Below, one piece after another: positions 22,324 to 33,142 of a DNA stretch of 39,519 bases (positions are counted from its first letter, which is position 1; each line of letters begins with the position of its first letter). Below the pieces are notes generated by a model, which worked only from the letters and a program-made list of their open reading frames with translations, was not told where the DNA came from and searched no databases. Made by a program: the position numbers and the translations under genes. This stretch comes from Octopus bimaculoides (Eukaryota): NCBI RefSeq assembly GCF_001194135.2, contig NC_068984.1, positions 143,678,817-143,718,335 on the forward strand, given 5' to 3'.

Positions 22324-22920
22324 GTGTTTATGTATATGTATGTATGCAGAGAGGTGTATGTGTGGGGGGGGGGGGGTATGTACGTGTGCGCACATTAAGT
22401 CTTATCTCTCTATCTCTGTCACTGTTTCGGTCTTTAATTCTTAAATCTTCTCTATAGACACTAATAAGACATCTGGGAATGGTATTCGTCTTTTGATTTA
22501 CTGATCGACGTAGATACACACACACACACACACACAGACGCACATACATGTACATGCAACACATACACACACACACACATACATAAATATACATACATAC
22601 AAACACAGCACAAATGCACAAATCATACACAGAAACAGACAGGCATATAGTTACATATATGCATAGATAGACACATAGACACACAAATATTCACATACAT
22701 ACACATACATCCAAGTATCTGCACACATATACATATTAGCACACATACACACATACATAGGCGTAAAGCCCCCGAAGAGACACAGATATATACGCATAAA
22801 AACACACACATCTATATACACGCATTCTTGAACACACACACATATCTATATATGTATACAAAGATGCATACACACACGCGCGCACATACATACACACACG
22901 CGCGCACACACACACACCTA
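21507..22920. repeat. (CTT)n/(GTT)n/(CGT)n/(CAT)n compound tract followed by (TA)n/(CA)n/(TACA)n field
   Basis: Direct reading. Confidence 0.93.
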
Positions 22921-22922
22921 TT

Positions 22923-23460
22923 ATTTTATTCTTTTGTTTCATTCATTTGACTGTGGCCATACTGGAGAACTGCATTCAAGGGTTATCTTAGTCGAAGAAA
23001 TCGACCCCAGGACTTATTCTTTGTAAGCCTAGCACTTATCCTATCGTTCCNNNNNNNNNNNNNNNNNNNNNNNNNNNNNNNNNNNNNNNNNNNNNNNNNN
23101 NNNNNNNNNNNNNNNNNNNNNNNNNNNNNNNNNNNNNNNNNNNNNNNNNNNNNNNNNNNNNNNNNNNNNNNNNNNNNNNNNNNNNNNNNNNNNNNNNNNN
23201 NNNNNNNNNNNNNNNNNNNNNNNNNNNNNNNNNNNNNNNNNNNNNNNNNNNNNNNNNNGATACAGAGAGAGAGAGAGAGGGAGAGAGAGAGAGAGAGACG
23301 ACAGGCTTCTTTCAGTTTCCGTCTACCAGATCCACACACAAGGCTTTGGTCGGCCTGAGGCTATAGTAGAAGTCACTTGCCCAAGGTGCCACGCAGTGGG
23401 AATGAACCCGGAACCATGTAGTTGGGAAGCAAGCTTCTGCCACACAGCCACGCCTGCGCC
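22923..23460 (-). mobile_element. SINE family A, full length, spanning a gap
   Basis: 5' part 23296-23460 begins GGCGCAGGCGTGGCTGTGTGGCAGAAGC and 3' part is 22923-23050; the central microsatellite here is (TC)n. Confidence 0.88.
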
Positions 23461-24490
23461 TATATGCATACATACATACATACACACATACATACATACA
23501 TAATACATACATACATACATAATACATACATACATACATACATGCATGCGTACATATAAATACACGTTCACGAGCAGATGGGTACACAAAACTTAGTGTA
23601 AATATAGCGACATACACAAGACATATTCACAATCATGCATGCAATTATGCGCATTTCTGCATAGACACACACACAAATACGTATAGACATACACACACAC
23701 GTGTATACGTACAAACACACACACACAAATATACGTATAGGCACATACACGCAAATACATAAAGATACACACGACCTATACACACACACACATACACACA
23801 CAAGTGCAATCTCATACACGCACACTTAAATATCATACATTCATGTACGTAGAGATCGACAGAAACATTTCACATACACAGAGAATGACACACAACGATC
23901 GAGGCGTTCGCAGGCGCAAACGCACATACCTTTCAGCACACAACACCGCACCAACTCTATCTCTTCACAACTTCACCAACATACCAAGTTGCCAAGACAA
24001 TACTACAGCATTAAGCAATCACTAAAGCAGAACACTACAACACTGCTATACACTACGCCTCTTCAGTGCTGTGCATAACAATTCGTATTTACATCAGTAC
24101 ACTAATAAAATACTAGCACCAATACAACAACACCACTTTGCCTCACCGATGCAGCAACACACAACCACAAGTAATTCACACCATACTAACGAGCCAAGAA
24201 GTGGGGACTCCACACGGTCGATTGACCTACTAAAAACAGCAGCTGACATCAACCAAAATTGGCCTCAATTCAGATCGTAGTTAGTCTTAAACATGAATGA
24301 TAACGCCAGCACTGTGTCATAGCACCGTGACTAAATACAGACTCCACCGTTCACTTAGTCTGGAAATCTTTCTGGGAGACAATATCTCGTTAAGGAATTG
24401 TTATCTTATACGTGACAACGTAGATGGTGGTGGTGTTGGTGTTGGTGGTGGTGGTGTTGGTGGTGGTGGTGGTGGTGGTGGTGGTGGTGG
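23461..24490. repeat. (TACA)n/(CA)n field, decayed CA-rich sequence and (GGT)n
   Basis: Direct reading. Confidence 0.85.
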
Positions 24491-25232
24491 NNNNNNNNNN
24501 NNNNNNNNNNNNNNNNNNNNNNNNNNNNNNNNNNNNNNNNNNNNNNNNNNNNNNNNNNNNNNNNNNNNNNNNNNNNNNNNNNNNNNNNNNNNNNNNNNNN
24601 NNNNNNNNNNNNNNNNNNNNNNNNNNNNNNNNNNNNNNNNNNNNNNNNNNNNNNNNNNNNNNNNNNNNNNNNNNNNNNNNNNNNNNNNNNNNNNNNNNNN
24701 NNNNNNNNNNNNNNNNNNNNNNNNNNNNNNNNNNNNNNNNNNNNNNNNNNNNNNNNNNNNNNNNNNNNNNNNNNNNNNNNNNNNNNNNNNNNNNNNNNNN
24801 NNNNNNNNNNNNNNNNNNNNNNNNNNNNNNNNNNNNNNNNNNNNNNNNNNNNNNNNNNNNNNNNNNNNNNNNNNNNNNNNNNNNNNNNNNNNNNNNNNNN
24901 NNNNNNNNNNNNNNNNNNNNNNNNNNNNNNNNNNNNNNNNNNNNNNNNNNNNNNNNNNNNNNNNNNNNNNNNNNNNNNNNNNNNNNNNNNNNNNNNNNNN
25001 NNNNNNNNNNNNNNNNNNNNNNNNNNNNNNNNNNNNNNNNNNNNNNNNNNNNNNNNNNNNNNNNNNNNNNNNNNNNNNNNNNNNNNNNNNNNNNNNNNNN
25101 NNNNNNNNNNNNNNNNNNNNNNNNNNNNNNNNNNNNNNNNNNNNNNNNNNNNNNNNNNNNNNNNNNNNNNNNNNNNNNNNNNNNNNNNNNNNNNNNNNNN
25201 NNNNNNNNTATATATATATATATATGCTTTCG

Positions 25233-25569
25233 TGCTTTCGGTGCGAATTGTTTTGTTATACGGCGCCGTATTTCACAATCCTCTAAATAATAATAATGGT
25301 ATTTTATATACGCTTCTGGCGATCACCGTGCAATGGCTAAGGAAAAGGAGTCTAATAACGGGGCATATAAGCCATCGACAGAAAAAAGACGGCTTTCCTA
25401 TTCGCGTGGGACTCGAACCCACGTTCCTTTGTGCTACCTTTACACCAACGAATTTACCTCCCTCTTCCTGTCAAATTTAAAAACTATATTAGTTCGTATT
25501 TGTTTTTATGCAAACAAACTTTCTATATATGCTTTCAGTGCGAATGGTTTTGTTAAACGGTGCCGTATT
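25233..25569 (-). mobile_element. Unclassified element bounded by 40-bp direct repeats and (TA)n, carrying a tRNA-like core
   Basis: DR1 25233-25272 and DR2 25530-25569 are 36/40 identical; the tRNA-like structure lies at 25400-25453 on the minus strand. Confidence 0.65.
25400..25453 (-). ncRNA. tRNA-like structure lacking the anticodon arm (putative Pol III unit)
   Basis: Minus strand ATTCGT-TG-GTGT(AAAGGTA)GCAC-AAAGGAAC-GTGGG(TTCGAGT)CCCAC-GCGAAT; A and B boxes are present and a T6 run follows (plus 25382-25387). Confidence 0.55.
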
Positions 25570-25590
25570 ATATATATACATATATATGTG

Positions 25591-25621
<31 letters not shown>

Positions 25622-25796
25622 ACAAACCTCACTCAGGGATAGCAAAATCCTATGAAAGTACTGGTTAGTTTACCTATACAAACAATGTTGAACTTTACAG
25701 TTAATACTCAACTGCAAGGTAACTATATAAACCGTGGTTTATATATATTTAATTATAATGATAAGAAAATAAAGTGGTAATTAATGAATTATTACT

Positions 25797-26058
25797 GTGT
25801 GCTAACGTCCGGTGTGCTAACGTTTCTTATTTCTTTACTGCCCACAAGGGGCTACACACATGGGGGACAAGCAAGGACAGACAAAGGGATTAAGTCGATT
25901 ATATCGACCCCAGTGTGTAACTGGTACTTAATTTATCGACCCCGAAAGGATGAAAGGTGAATTCGACATCGGTGGAATTTGAACTCAGAACATAGCGACG
26001 GACGAAATACCGCTAAGCATTTCGTCCGGCGTGCTAACGTTTCTGCCAGATCGCTGCC
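25797..26058 (-). mobile_element. SINE family B (tail type 1), full length plus repeated head fragment
   Basis: Minus strand: head GGCAGCGATCTGGCAGAAACGTTAGCAC, B box GAGTTCAAATTCC, central GCC/CACCTTTCATCCTTTCGGGGTCGATAAATTAAGTACCAG, tail CCCCTTGTGGGCAGTAAAGAAATAA, then GAAACGTTAGCACACCGG. Confidence 0.92.
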
Positions 26059-26785
26059 TTAATCGGTTAGAAATAATAGCAGCGCCACTCCTTTTACATC
26101 AAACCTTTATCTCTTTAAAGGATGAAGAAAGCACTGCGGACGCTGAAAATCCGGAATAAAATGATTGATAAACATCTATGAATCTTTTAACAAACGCTTT
26201 CTGTTTTTCTTCGCAAATTTTGCAAAATTCCATCATATTTTAAGAATATTATTCTGGGTTGTTTATTCTTTAACACCTGTCAGTGTCTCTAATTATCACT
26301 TCATTTAGCTCTCTTCTCATCATAGATTTCAGGTTTTTTAAATACATCCAGGTATTATCTATAATTTTATCACATTGGCAGAGAGGGAGAGAGGGAGAGA
26401 GAAAGAGTGAGAGGGGGAGGGACAGAGTGAGAGAATAGGACAGAGAGAGAGAGATGAGCACAGACACCGAAATAATCTGTATGAAATAACTTCAGTCATT
26501 AATTGATAATTTTCTCTAATTAGAGTTAATTTCGAATGTCCAATTTGGCTCATCACTGTCTCAACAGTGTTCTAAGAATAGAAAAGCGATTTGCATCAAG
26601 AGAAATGACAAGACATGGTGAGAGAACAGAGAGGAATATTCTGAGGAATTTTTGTCTGAGAACTAAAAGAATGGCAACAACACATTCATTATTGATTGTT
26701 GATGACGAAGAAGTGTGAGTGTTTATATATGAGTGTGTGTATAAGTGTACATATAAAGAGAGATTGATATAAATATAGATATAAG

Positions 26786-27030
26786 TAATCACGTGAGAGA
26801 CCAGACTATCGGATGGTATTCTACATCGCTAGTCACAATGCGATTTGTATCGTTTTTAGTTTTCGACTAATGCTACTCCACAGGCTAGACGAGTAGGCCA
26901 ATATTCCGCCTGATCGGAAGGCTACTCCGGCGCAGGGTGTACCTATTTACAGCCGAGTGAACTGGAGCAACGTGAAATGGTGTGTTTTGCTCGAGAAAGC
27001 AATGCACCACCCGGTCCGAAAATAGAACGC
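26786..27030 (-). mobile_element. SINE-like family G, single diverged copy
   Basis: Minus strand TCGAGCAAAACACACCATTTCACGTTGCTCCAGTTCACTCGGCTGTAAATAGGTACACCCTGCG resembles conserved central domains of metazoan SINE superfamilies (from memory); there is no second copy in the window. Confidence 0.45.
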
Positions 27031-27249
27031 ATGACAGAATGATGGATTGGAACAGCTGTTGAATACACCATTCTCAACGGAGATTTCTATGTATTCTTTT
27101 TGTCACGTTTTCCAAATAATACAAGCCTTACCGACTTGCGCCAGTCTCCGTAGATTCTGTCTTATCTCATATACACACTTGCGCGCGCGCATGTGTGTGT
27201 GTTTGTGTGTGTGTGTGTGTGCTTGAGAGTATGTATGTATTCATGTATG

Positions 27250-27463
27250 TACGAGTTGCCTTCCAGAAGTTTTGAGACAAGGCTCCAGCATTCTTGCACG
27301 TTGGACGGCTTCCATGATGTCTTCTTGAAGAGGCAGAAACGCTTGAACAAATACATTGAAAACAGAGGATTCTCCTTTGAGGGAGATTGGAATTTTGTAC
27401 TTCATTGAAACGAATAAATGGCTTTCTCGAAAAGGTCTCAAAAACACTGGAATACACTTTTTA
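27250..27463 (+). mobile_element. Short non-autonomous mariner derivative (MITE-like)
   Basis: TA-bounded degenerate TIRs (20/29 identical: TACGAGTTGCCTTCCAGAAGTTTTGAGAC versus rc TAAAAAGTGTATTCCAGTGTTTTTGAGAC); internal TLDGFHDVFLKRQKRLNKYIENRGFSFEGD resembles the mariner C-terminus. Confidence 0.6.
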
Positions 27464-27512
27464 TATTATATCTATATGTATGTTTGTATGTGTATGTATG
27501 CATGTATACATG

Positions 27513-27570
<58 letters not shown>

Positions 27571-27939
27571 GTGGAGAGTGTGAACACATGCACACAAACA
27601 CACATGTGTGCGTGTGTGATTATGTGTTTCTCTCTGTGTGTGTCTGCGTATGTATGTAACGTATTTGTATACTTATAGCTATCGTATAAGACACCCAAGA
27701 TTCCAAATAGTGAAACCAAAGCAGAAACCATTGAAAGTCGAAGCGAACGTAACAAGAGAACCGTGCCTCTCCTCCTACGCTCCTCCACCCCCCACCCCAC
27801 CTCATAAGAACAACTAAGCAGTGTTGCAATGGCTGAACAACAACAAACCTTTCTCTCTAGATTACAGGTGTAATATTATACACCTTACTTATCGTGGATG
27901 TCTGTATACGCTAAAAGTACTTCTGACGTCAACCATTGC

Positions 27940-27942
<3 letters not shown>

Positions 27943-27970
<28 letters not shown>

Positions 27971-28012
27971 ATAATAATAATGATAATGATAATAATAATA
28001 ATATTAATAATA

Positions 28013-28096
<84 letters not shown>

Positions 28097-28117
28097 GTAA
28101 TAATAATAATAATGATA
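27943..28117. repeat. (AAT)n microsatellite
   Basis: Direct reading; (TG)n/(TA)n also at about 27480-27570. Confidence 0.97.
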
Positions 28118-28542
28118 ATGGTAGAAAAGAAGTTGTGTATTGTTGCGCGCAATAGTTTCTCCAGGTAAAGAATTTGTTTGTTGTTTTGGTGATATACTGT
28201 CGTGTGGAAATATTCTCGCTTGTAAAATTGTCATAAATACGAGACAGGTGAATGGAAGAATTTGTAACTTTTTTGTTCAATTGATAATGACGGTTGGTGA
28301 AACCATAACTATTACTATTGTTGTGAACGCAGATTGGTGAATCGAAGAATCCGTGAGGATCCGGAATGAATGGTTATGTATTAACAAGTATTGTCTGATG
28401 TGAAAGAGGAGGAGGACGAGTTATGATCATCACCTTTTGCTCTCCCCACCCCCACCACCACCACACTCCATTAAACACTACCAGTGCTGACGCAGCTCAT
28501 TTGTTCTTCTTCCTTATCGTTTATATTCTCTGTTCAAATTAC

Positions 28543-28764
28543 TATTTCTTTATTGCCCACAAGGGACAAAAACATAGAGGGGACAGACAAAGAGATTAAG
28601 TCGATTACATCGACCCCAGTGCGTAACTGGTACTTAATTTATCGACCCCGAAAGGATGAAAGGCAAAGGCGACCTCGGCGGAATTTCAACTCAGGACGTA
28701 ACGGCAGACGAAATACCGCTAAGCATTTCGCCCGGCGCGCTAACGATTCTGCCAGCTCACCGCC
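28543..28764 (-). mobile_element. SINE family B (tail type 1), full length
   Basis: Colinear with 25827-26058; 5' end GGCGGTGAGCTGGCAGAATCGTTAGC. Confidence 0.92.
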
Positions 28765-28781
28765 ATTGTTCAGTTCTTACG

Positions 28782-28980
28782 TCGGACAAAAGTATTCGGC
28801 GGCATTTCGCCAGTCTTCACGTTCTCAGATCAAATTCCGCTGAGGTCGACTTTCACTTCCATCCTTTCACAATCGATAAAATAAGTACCATTTGAATTTT
28901 GGAGTAGACGTAAACGACTTGCTTCCCCCCTCACAAAATTTCAAGCCTTGTGCCTACAGTAGAAAGGATTATTATTATTA
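28782..28980 (+). mobile_element. SINE family B (tail type 2), head-to-head with the preceding copy
   Basis: Family B head and central domain, but the tail is CCCCCCTCACAAAATTTCAAGCCTTGTGCCTACAGTAGAAAGG(ATT)n. Confidence 0.8.
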
Positions 28981-29221
28981 CTGAGTGAGAGAGCCGCACA
29001 TGCTGCCAATGTGACGCTGGAGTACAAATGCACGAGGCCCAATATACCCATCATGACTACCCATCTGATAAAGGTGCACCAGGCACATGCATCACAACCA
29101 TAAGTGCGTGATGTGGTGACCTCATATCAAGAAAAACAGTGCGTAACCTTGCCTGTAGGGCCTGGTTACCATATTCTTCTGGTCATCATCTAGGCAATGA
29201 CCTGGCAGGATTGATAGAGCA

Positions 29222-29672
29222 CTGAACAAAATGCGTAGCAGAGCACTAGGGTCGATGGAATCGACTTCTTGCACCTTTCCTCTAAAAGGGCCAGCCCTGT
29301 ACCAACATTTGAAACCGTTATTATCACGATTCGTAGAATCTTGTATGCAAACCCGGCTGAGCTCAGCTTTGTTTACTTAACCATTCAGCCATCCATGTTC
29401 GTTAAAATACCAATCAAATACTGGTGCCAATGTTAACGACCAACCCCCCACTCCCATCAAAACTGCTGGCCTTCTGCCTAAATCAGAAACAACAACTCGT
29501 GTATTTGGTAGAAAATTTAGGTCTCCGGAACTCATGCTTGTTTGTGTTCTGGGTTCAAATCTCACCATGACCAATTTTACTTTACGTCTCTTTGGAGCGG
29601 AAACATAAACTGCCAGGCGTAAACTGAGGTCGACGGTTGACCAGTCTCCTCCACTCGAAATTGCTGGCCTTC
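29222..29672 (+). mobile_element. Three diverged family B-related fragments
   Basis: About 29222-29325, 29385-29495 and 29500-29672 each retain parts of CTGGGGTCGAT..ATCGAC and a CCC-rich/AAA(C/T)TGCTGGCCT tail. Confidence 0.55.
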
Positions 29673-30339
29673 AATATTTACAGTAGAATATGCCTTAATG
29701 TTTACATTCGTATGATTCTTTTGCAGATTACTTTAAATCGAAGACGTGAAATAGAGATAGAACGAAGTTTTAAATGAAAAACACGAACATCTTATTTGAA
29801 TGAGAGATAGAAAATTTATAGAGTACTAAAATACAATAACATTAGAGAGAAATCTAGAAAAAGAGGATAAAGGAAAAATGAACGAAAATTGGGAAGAATA
29901 ACGTAAAAAATATAAATGGAATGGAATAAAGAAAATATAGAGACAACAAAAAAGGAAAGAAACGGGGAGAATAAGAAAAGAAAAAAAAATGAAACGGAAA
30001 ACGAAAGTAGAAAAAATGTGATAGTAAAGTGATACAAAAGACAAATAAAAGAGATACTAATGGTGGCCTCAGATTGCAGGCAATTTTCCAAAACAGTATT
30101 ACCAATTCCAAGAGGAGTCCTTAAACGGAAATTGGAGCAAAATTAACGTTTTCAAAGCGGGGGGTAATCCTTCGTTTGGCAAGTTCTGTCAAATAATCGT
30201 TTGAGAAACAATGGGCAGTGTACTGACATCGTTCTGCGACCAAAATTTGGCAAAGTCATATTTTAGTGCTTAGATATCTTATCTCAAAGCTGCCAAAAAT
30301 AGGCTGAACCGGAAAGAAGGAATGGTTCATTTTGATGTT

Positions 30340-30780
30340 TGGAATATTTATGTATGCGTGAGTGTGTGTGTGCGTGTGTGTGTGGGGGGGGGTATGTATG
30401 CGTATGTGTCTGTGTGTTTGTATACATTTATGAGTATAAGTTTACGCAAAGGAAGAGAAAGAGAGAGAGAGAAAGAAAATTTATGTACGTATGTATATAT
30501 TTGCGTATGTGTATATATGTATGTACATGTGTGAGTGTGCGTGAACATAGCAAAGAATGCCTACATACATACATACATAAATACATACATACATGCATGC
30601 ATACATACAAACATATTACTACATGCATGCATACATACATACATATGTACGTACATACATGCATAAATATATACATAATTACATACATGCATGCATAAAT
30701 ACATACATACATACATACATACATACATACATGCATACATACATACATGCATACATACATACATACATGCACACATGCAG
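30340..30780. repeat. (TG)n/(GA)n/(TACA)n-(TGCA) microsatellite field
   Basis: Direct reading. Confidence 0.92.
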
Positions 30781-31214
30781 GCCTATTCAAACAAATGTTT
30801 GGCATGGAACAAATAGCTGGCTGGCGGGCCGGTTGGTCGGTTGTCCTGTTGCTCATAAAAATTGTGACACACACATATATCATATGAACAATGTCACGTG
30901 ACACTGCTAGTGAGCACGAGACATGTGAATCAGATTGGTATTTTTACTTGCTTCGCTCTTTATTTTTTCTATTGTATTATTTACTCTTCCTCGTCTTCCC
31001 ATCATTTCTCCGTTGATAACGGGTGCAATTAAAATATTGATCTTTCTTTCTATTTGTTATGAGTGTTGGGGTGGGGGTTTAATAGAGGTTATGTGTGTAT
31101 TGTATTTTATTTAATGAAACGGGTGGTTATCTTGAAGTGAAGGAAAAATTTGTTGGGTCGCCGATTCAAAGAGATGGTGTTTCCGTTTCCATTGTAATCA
31201 TTTGATTCCACGTC

Positions 31215-31570
31215 GATTATTAATAATCCCTTATACTATAGGCACAAGGCCTGAAATTAAGTCGATTAGCTCGACCCCAGTACGCAACTGGTACTTAATT
31301 TATCGACCCCGAAAGGATGAAAGGCAAAATTGACCTCAGCGGAATTTGAACTCAGGACGTAAAGACAGACGAAATACCACTAAGCATTTCACCCGGCGTG
31401 CTAACGTTTCTTATTTCTTTATTTCCCACAAGGGGCTAAACATACAGGAGACAAACAAGGACAGACAAAGGGATTAAGTCGATTGCATCGACTTCAGTGT
31501 TTAACTGGTACTTAATTTATCGACCCTAAAAGGATGAAAGGCAAAGTCGACCACGGCGGAATTCGAACTT
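31215..31570 (-). mobile_element. SINE family B tandem dimer (tail-type-1 unit 31411-31570 joined to tail-type-2 unit 31215-31410)
   Basis: Two central domains in tandem; minus-strand junction GGGAAATAAAGAAATAA|GAAACGTTAGCACGCCGG; terminal tail TTTCAGGCCTTGTGCCTATAGTATAAGGGATTATT. Confidence 0.9.
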
Positions 31571-31800
31571 ACAGTCTCCCTGTGTTTCTCTCTAATAAAA
31601 TACTCCACTCATTTATTGAGCAAGTTTTTTTTCACTAAATGTTACCGGCATTTTGTTTAATTTATTAAAACATTATCTTCAAATATGTGTTTGTGTGTTA
31701 TATGCATAAATGTATTAATGTGGCATATATACATGTGTAGAAACATACAAACACACAGACACGCGCGCGTGCTCACAAAAACTGAACACAGGCTAATTGA

Positions 31801-31975
31801 GAAGGCCCTACCGAGTCGTCCAACAGCATTCAAATCTCTCCCAAATCAAATCTTACTTTGAGCTAAATATAGAAATGTAACATTAGATAATGAAATCCTA
31901 GGCATATCCCTCAGGACGGTCACGGTTGGATTTCCTCTAGTCATAGATCTACTCAATCAGTGTTGACTTGGATTT
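31801..31975 (-). mobile_element. Family C repeat, copy 2
   Basis: The reverse complement aligns with 4095-4278. Confidence 0.6.
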
Positions 31976-32075
31976 GAGGTAACCAGAGAATAAGCACTAG
32001 CGCATGTTCTGGTGTTCGTCAGGATTTTACCAACCAGTTTTCATCCTTTTTCATTCCCTCCAGGGTTTGATACAG

Positions 32076-32178
32076 CTGGTCACGTGCCTTGTCGGAAATA
32101 CCCTTCAATGACGTGATTGGACTCGATAAAGCCGTCGGTGAAATCTTTGCACGAGAAGAATATAAACGAGCTTTTGAA
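32076..32178 (+). CDS. Weak candidate plus-strand exon (WSRALSEIPFNDVIGLDKAVGEIFAREEYKRAFE)
   Basis: Long pyrimidine tract at 32038-32061, donor GAA|GTGAGC and a protein-like open frame; however, it needs the second AG (32074-32075) because the first AG brings an in-frame TGA. Confidence 0.25.
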
Positions 32179-33076
32179 GTGAGCATAACAGTCCAAGAAT
32201 AATTTAGACCATTCTAATATTCGATACCCGTTGCTTGCTTGACGGCAAAATGATAAAATTTGAAATCCGGATTATTTGTCCAATTAAAATGCTGATTTTT
32301 TTTTTTTTCTATAAAGGATATTCGATTTAAATTCAATGAGTCTTCAAAGAATTGACATTAGTGCTGTTTTCATTTTTCACGAGAGCAGAAGTTGTATTAG
32401 GTGTTTTTTGATTGAGCAAAATATTGAAATTTAAATTGACTTTCTCAAGGAAAGCTTAAGTAACAATTTTTAAAAAGTGTTTAACTTAAATAATTCATTT
32501 CTTAAATATTATGCTTCGTATTCTGTAATTTCAGTATATAGATTTCTGCGCGTTCGCCACCACAACCTCGTTTAGGCATAGCAGCCCTTCCTGCTTGTTT
32601 TCACTGTCCTGTTTTTGTCACCAATCGTGACCCTCCGCAAGATCGCAATTTTTTTTAAATTTGCTTTGCAGAAGCAACTGTTTTATAGAAGGCGTATCTT
32701 GTCGTGAATTGCTGCATCTGGCTCAGTCAAAATGGTTTCTTTGTATTCCTCCTTTCTACTTGGAGAGTTTAGATTTAATTATAAAAATATGTCCTTTTAT
32801 TCAAATGCAATTTCAGTAAATTTCTATATCTTTGTGCAGCTGAAGATTGCTCTACATTTTATTTATGATGTAATTTCATTTCAAAGTTTCAGCTCAGAGC
32901 TGCGGCCATGCTGATGCAAATGGAGTCGTATGAAACGATCGTACTGTATTACCTTTGGATATCCTTGTTGCTTATTTTGACTTTATATATATATATCTGT
33001 AAATATAATATGAGACAATTATTCGGTAGCCATGATAAAACTCCGAGTTTCGGATGTCGTGGCGTAAAGCTGCAAT

Positions 33077-33142
33077 GGCATCTCTTCAGTTTATCGGGCC
33101 GTCAAAAAAATTTTTTGATGGCCCGATAACTGAAGAGATGCC
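33077..33142. repeat. Near-perfect 66-nt palindrome
   Basis: GGCATCTCTTCAG-T-TTATCGGGCCGTCAAAAAA-A-TTTTTTGATGGCCCGATAA-CTGAAGAGATGCC: 32 pairs including one G.T, with one bulged T. Confidence 0.9.

Noticed and set aside
28985-29190. Non-simple sequence that looks like part of another interspersed repeat
   Set aside because: There is no second copy, ORF or terminal hallmark in the window to support a call.
32019-32186. 55-aa minus-strand ORF (MLTSKARLYSS...ENWLVKS)
   Set aside because: It is short, has no homology, and is the in-register antisense shadow of the plus-strand candidate frame.
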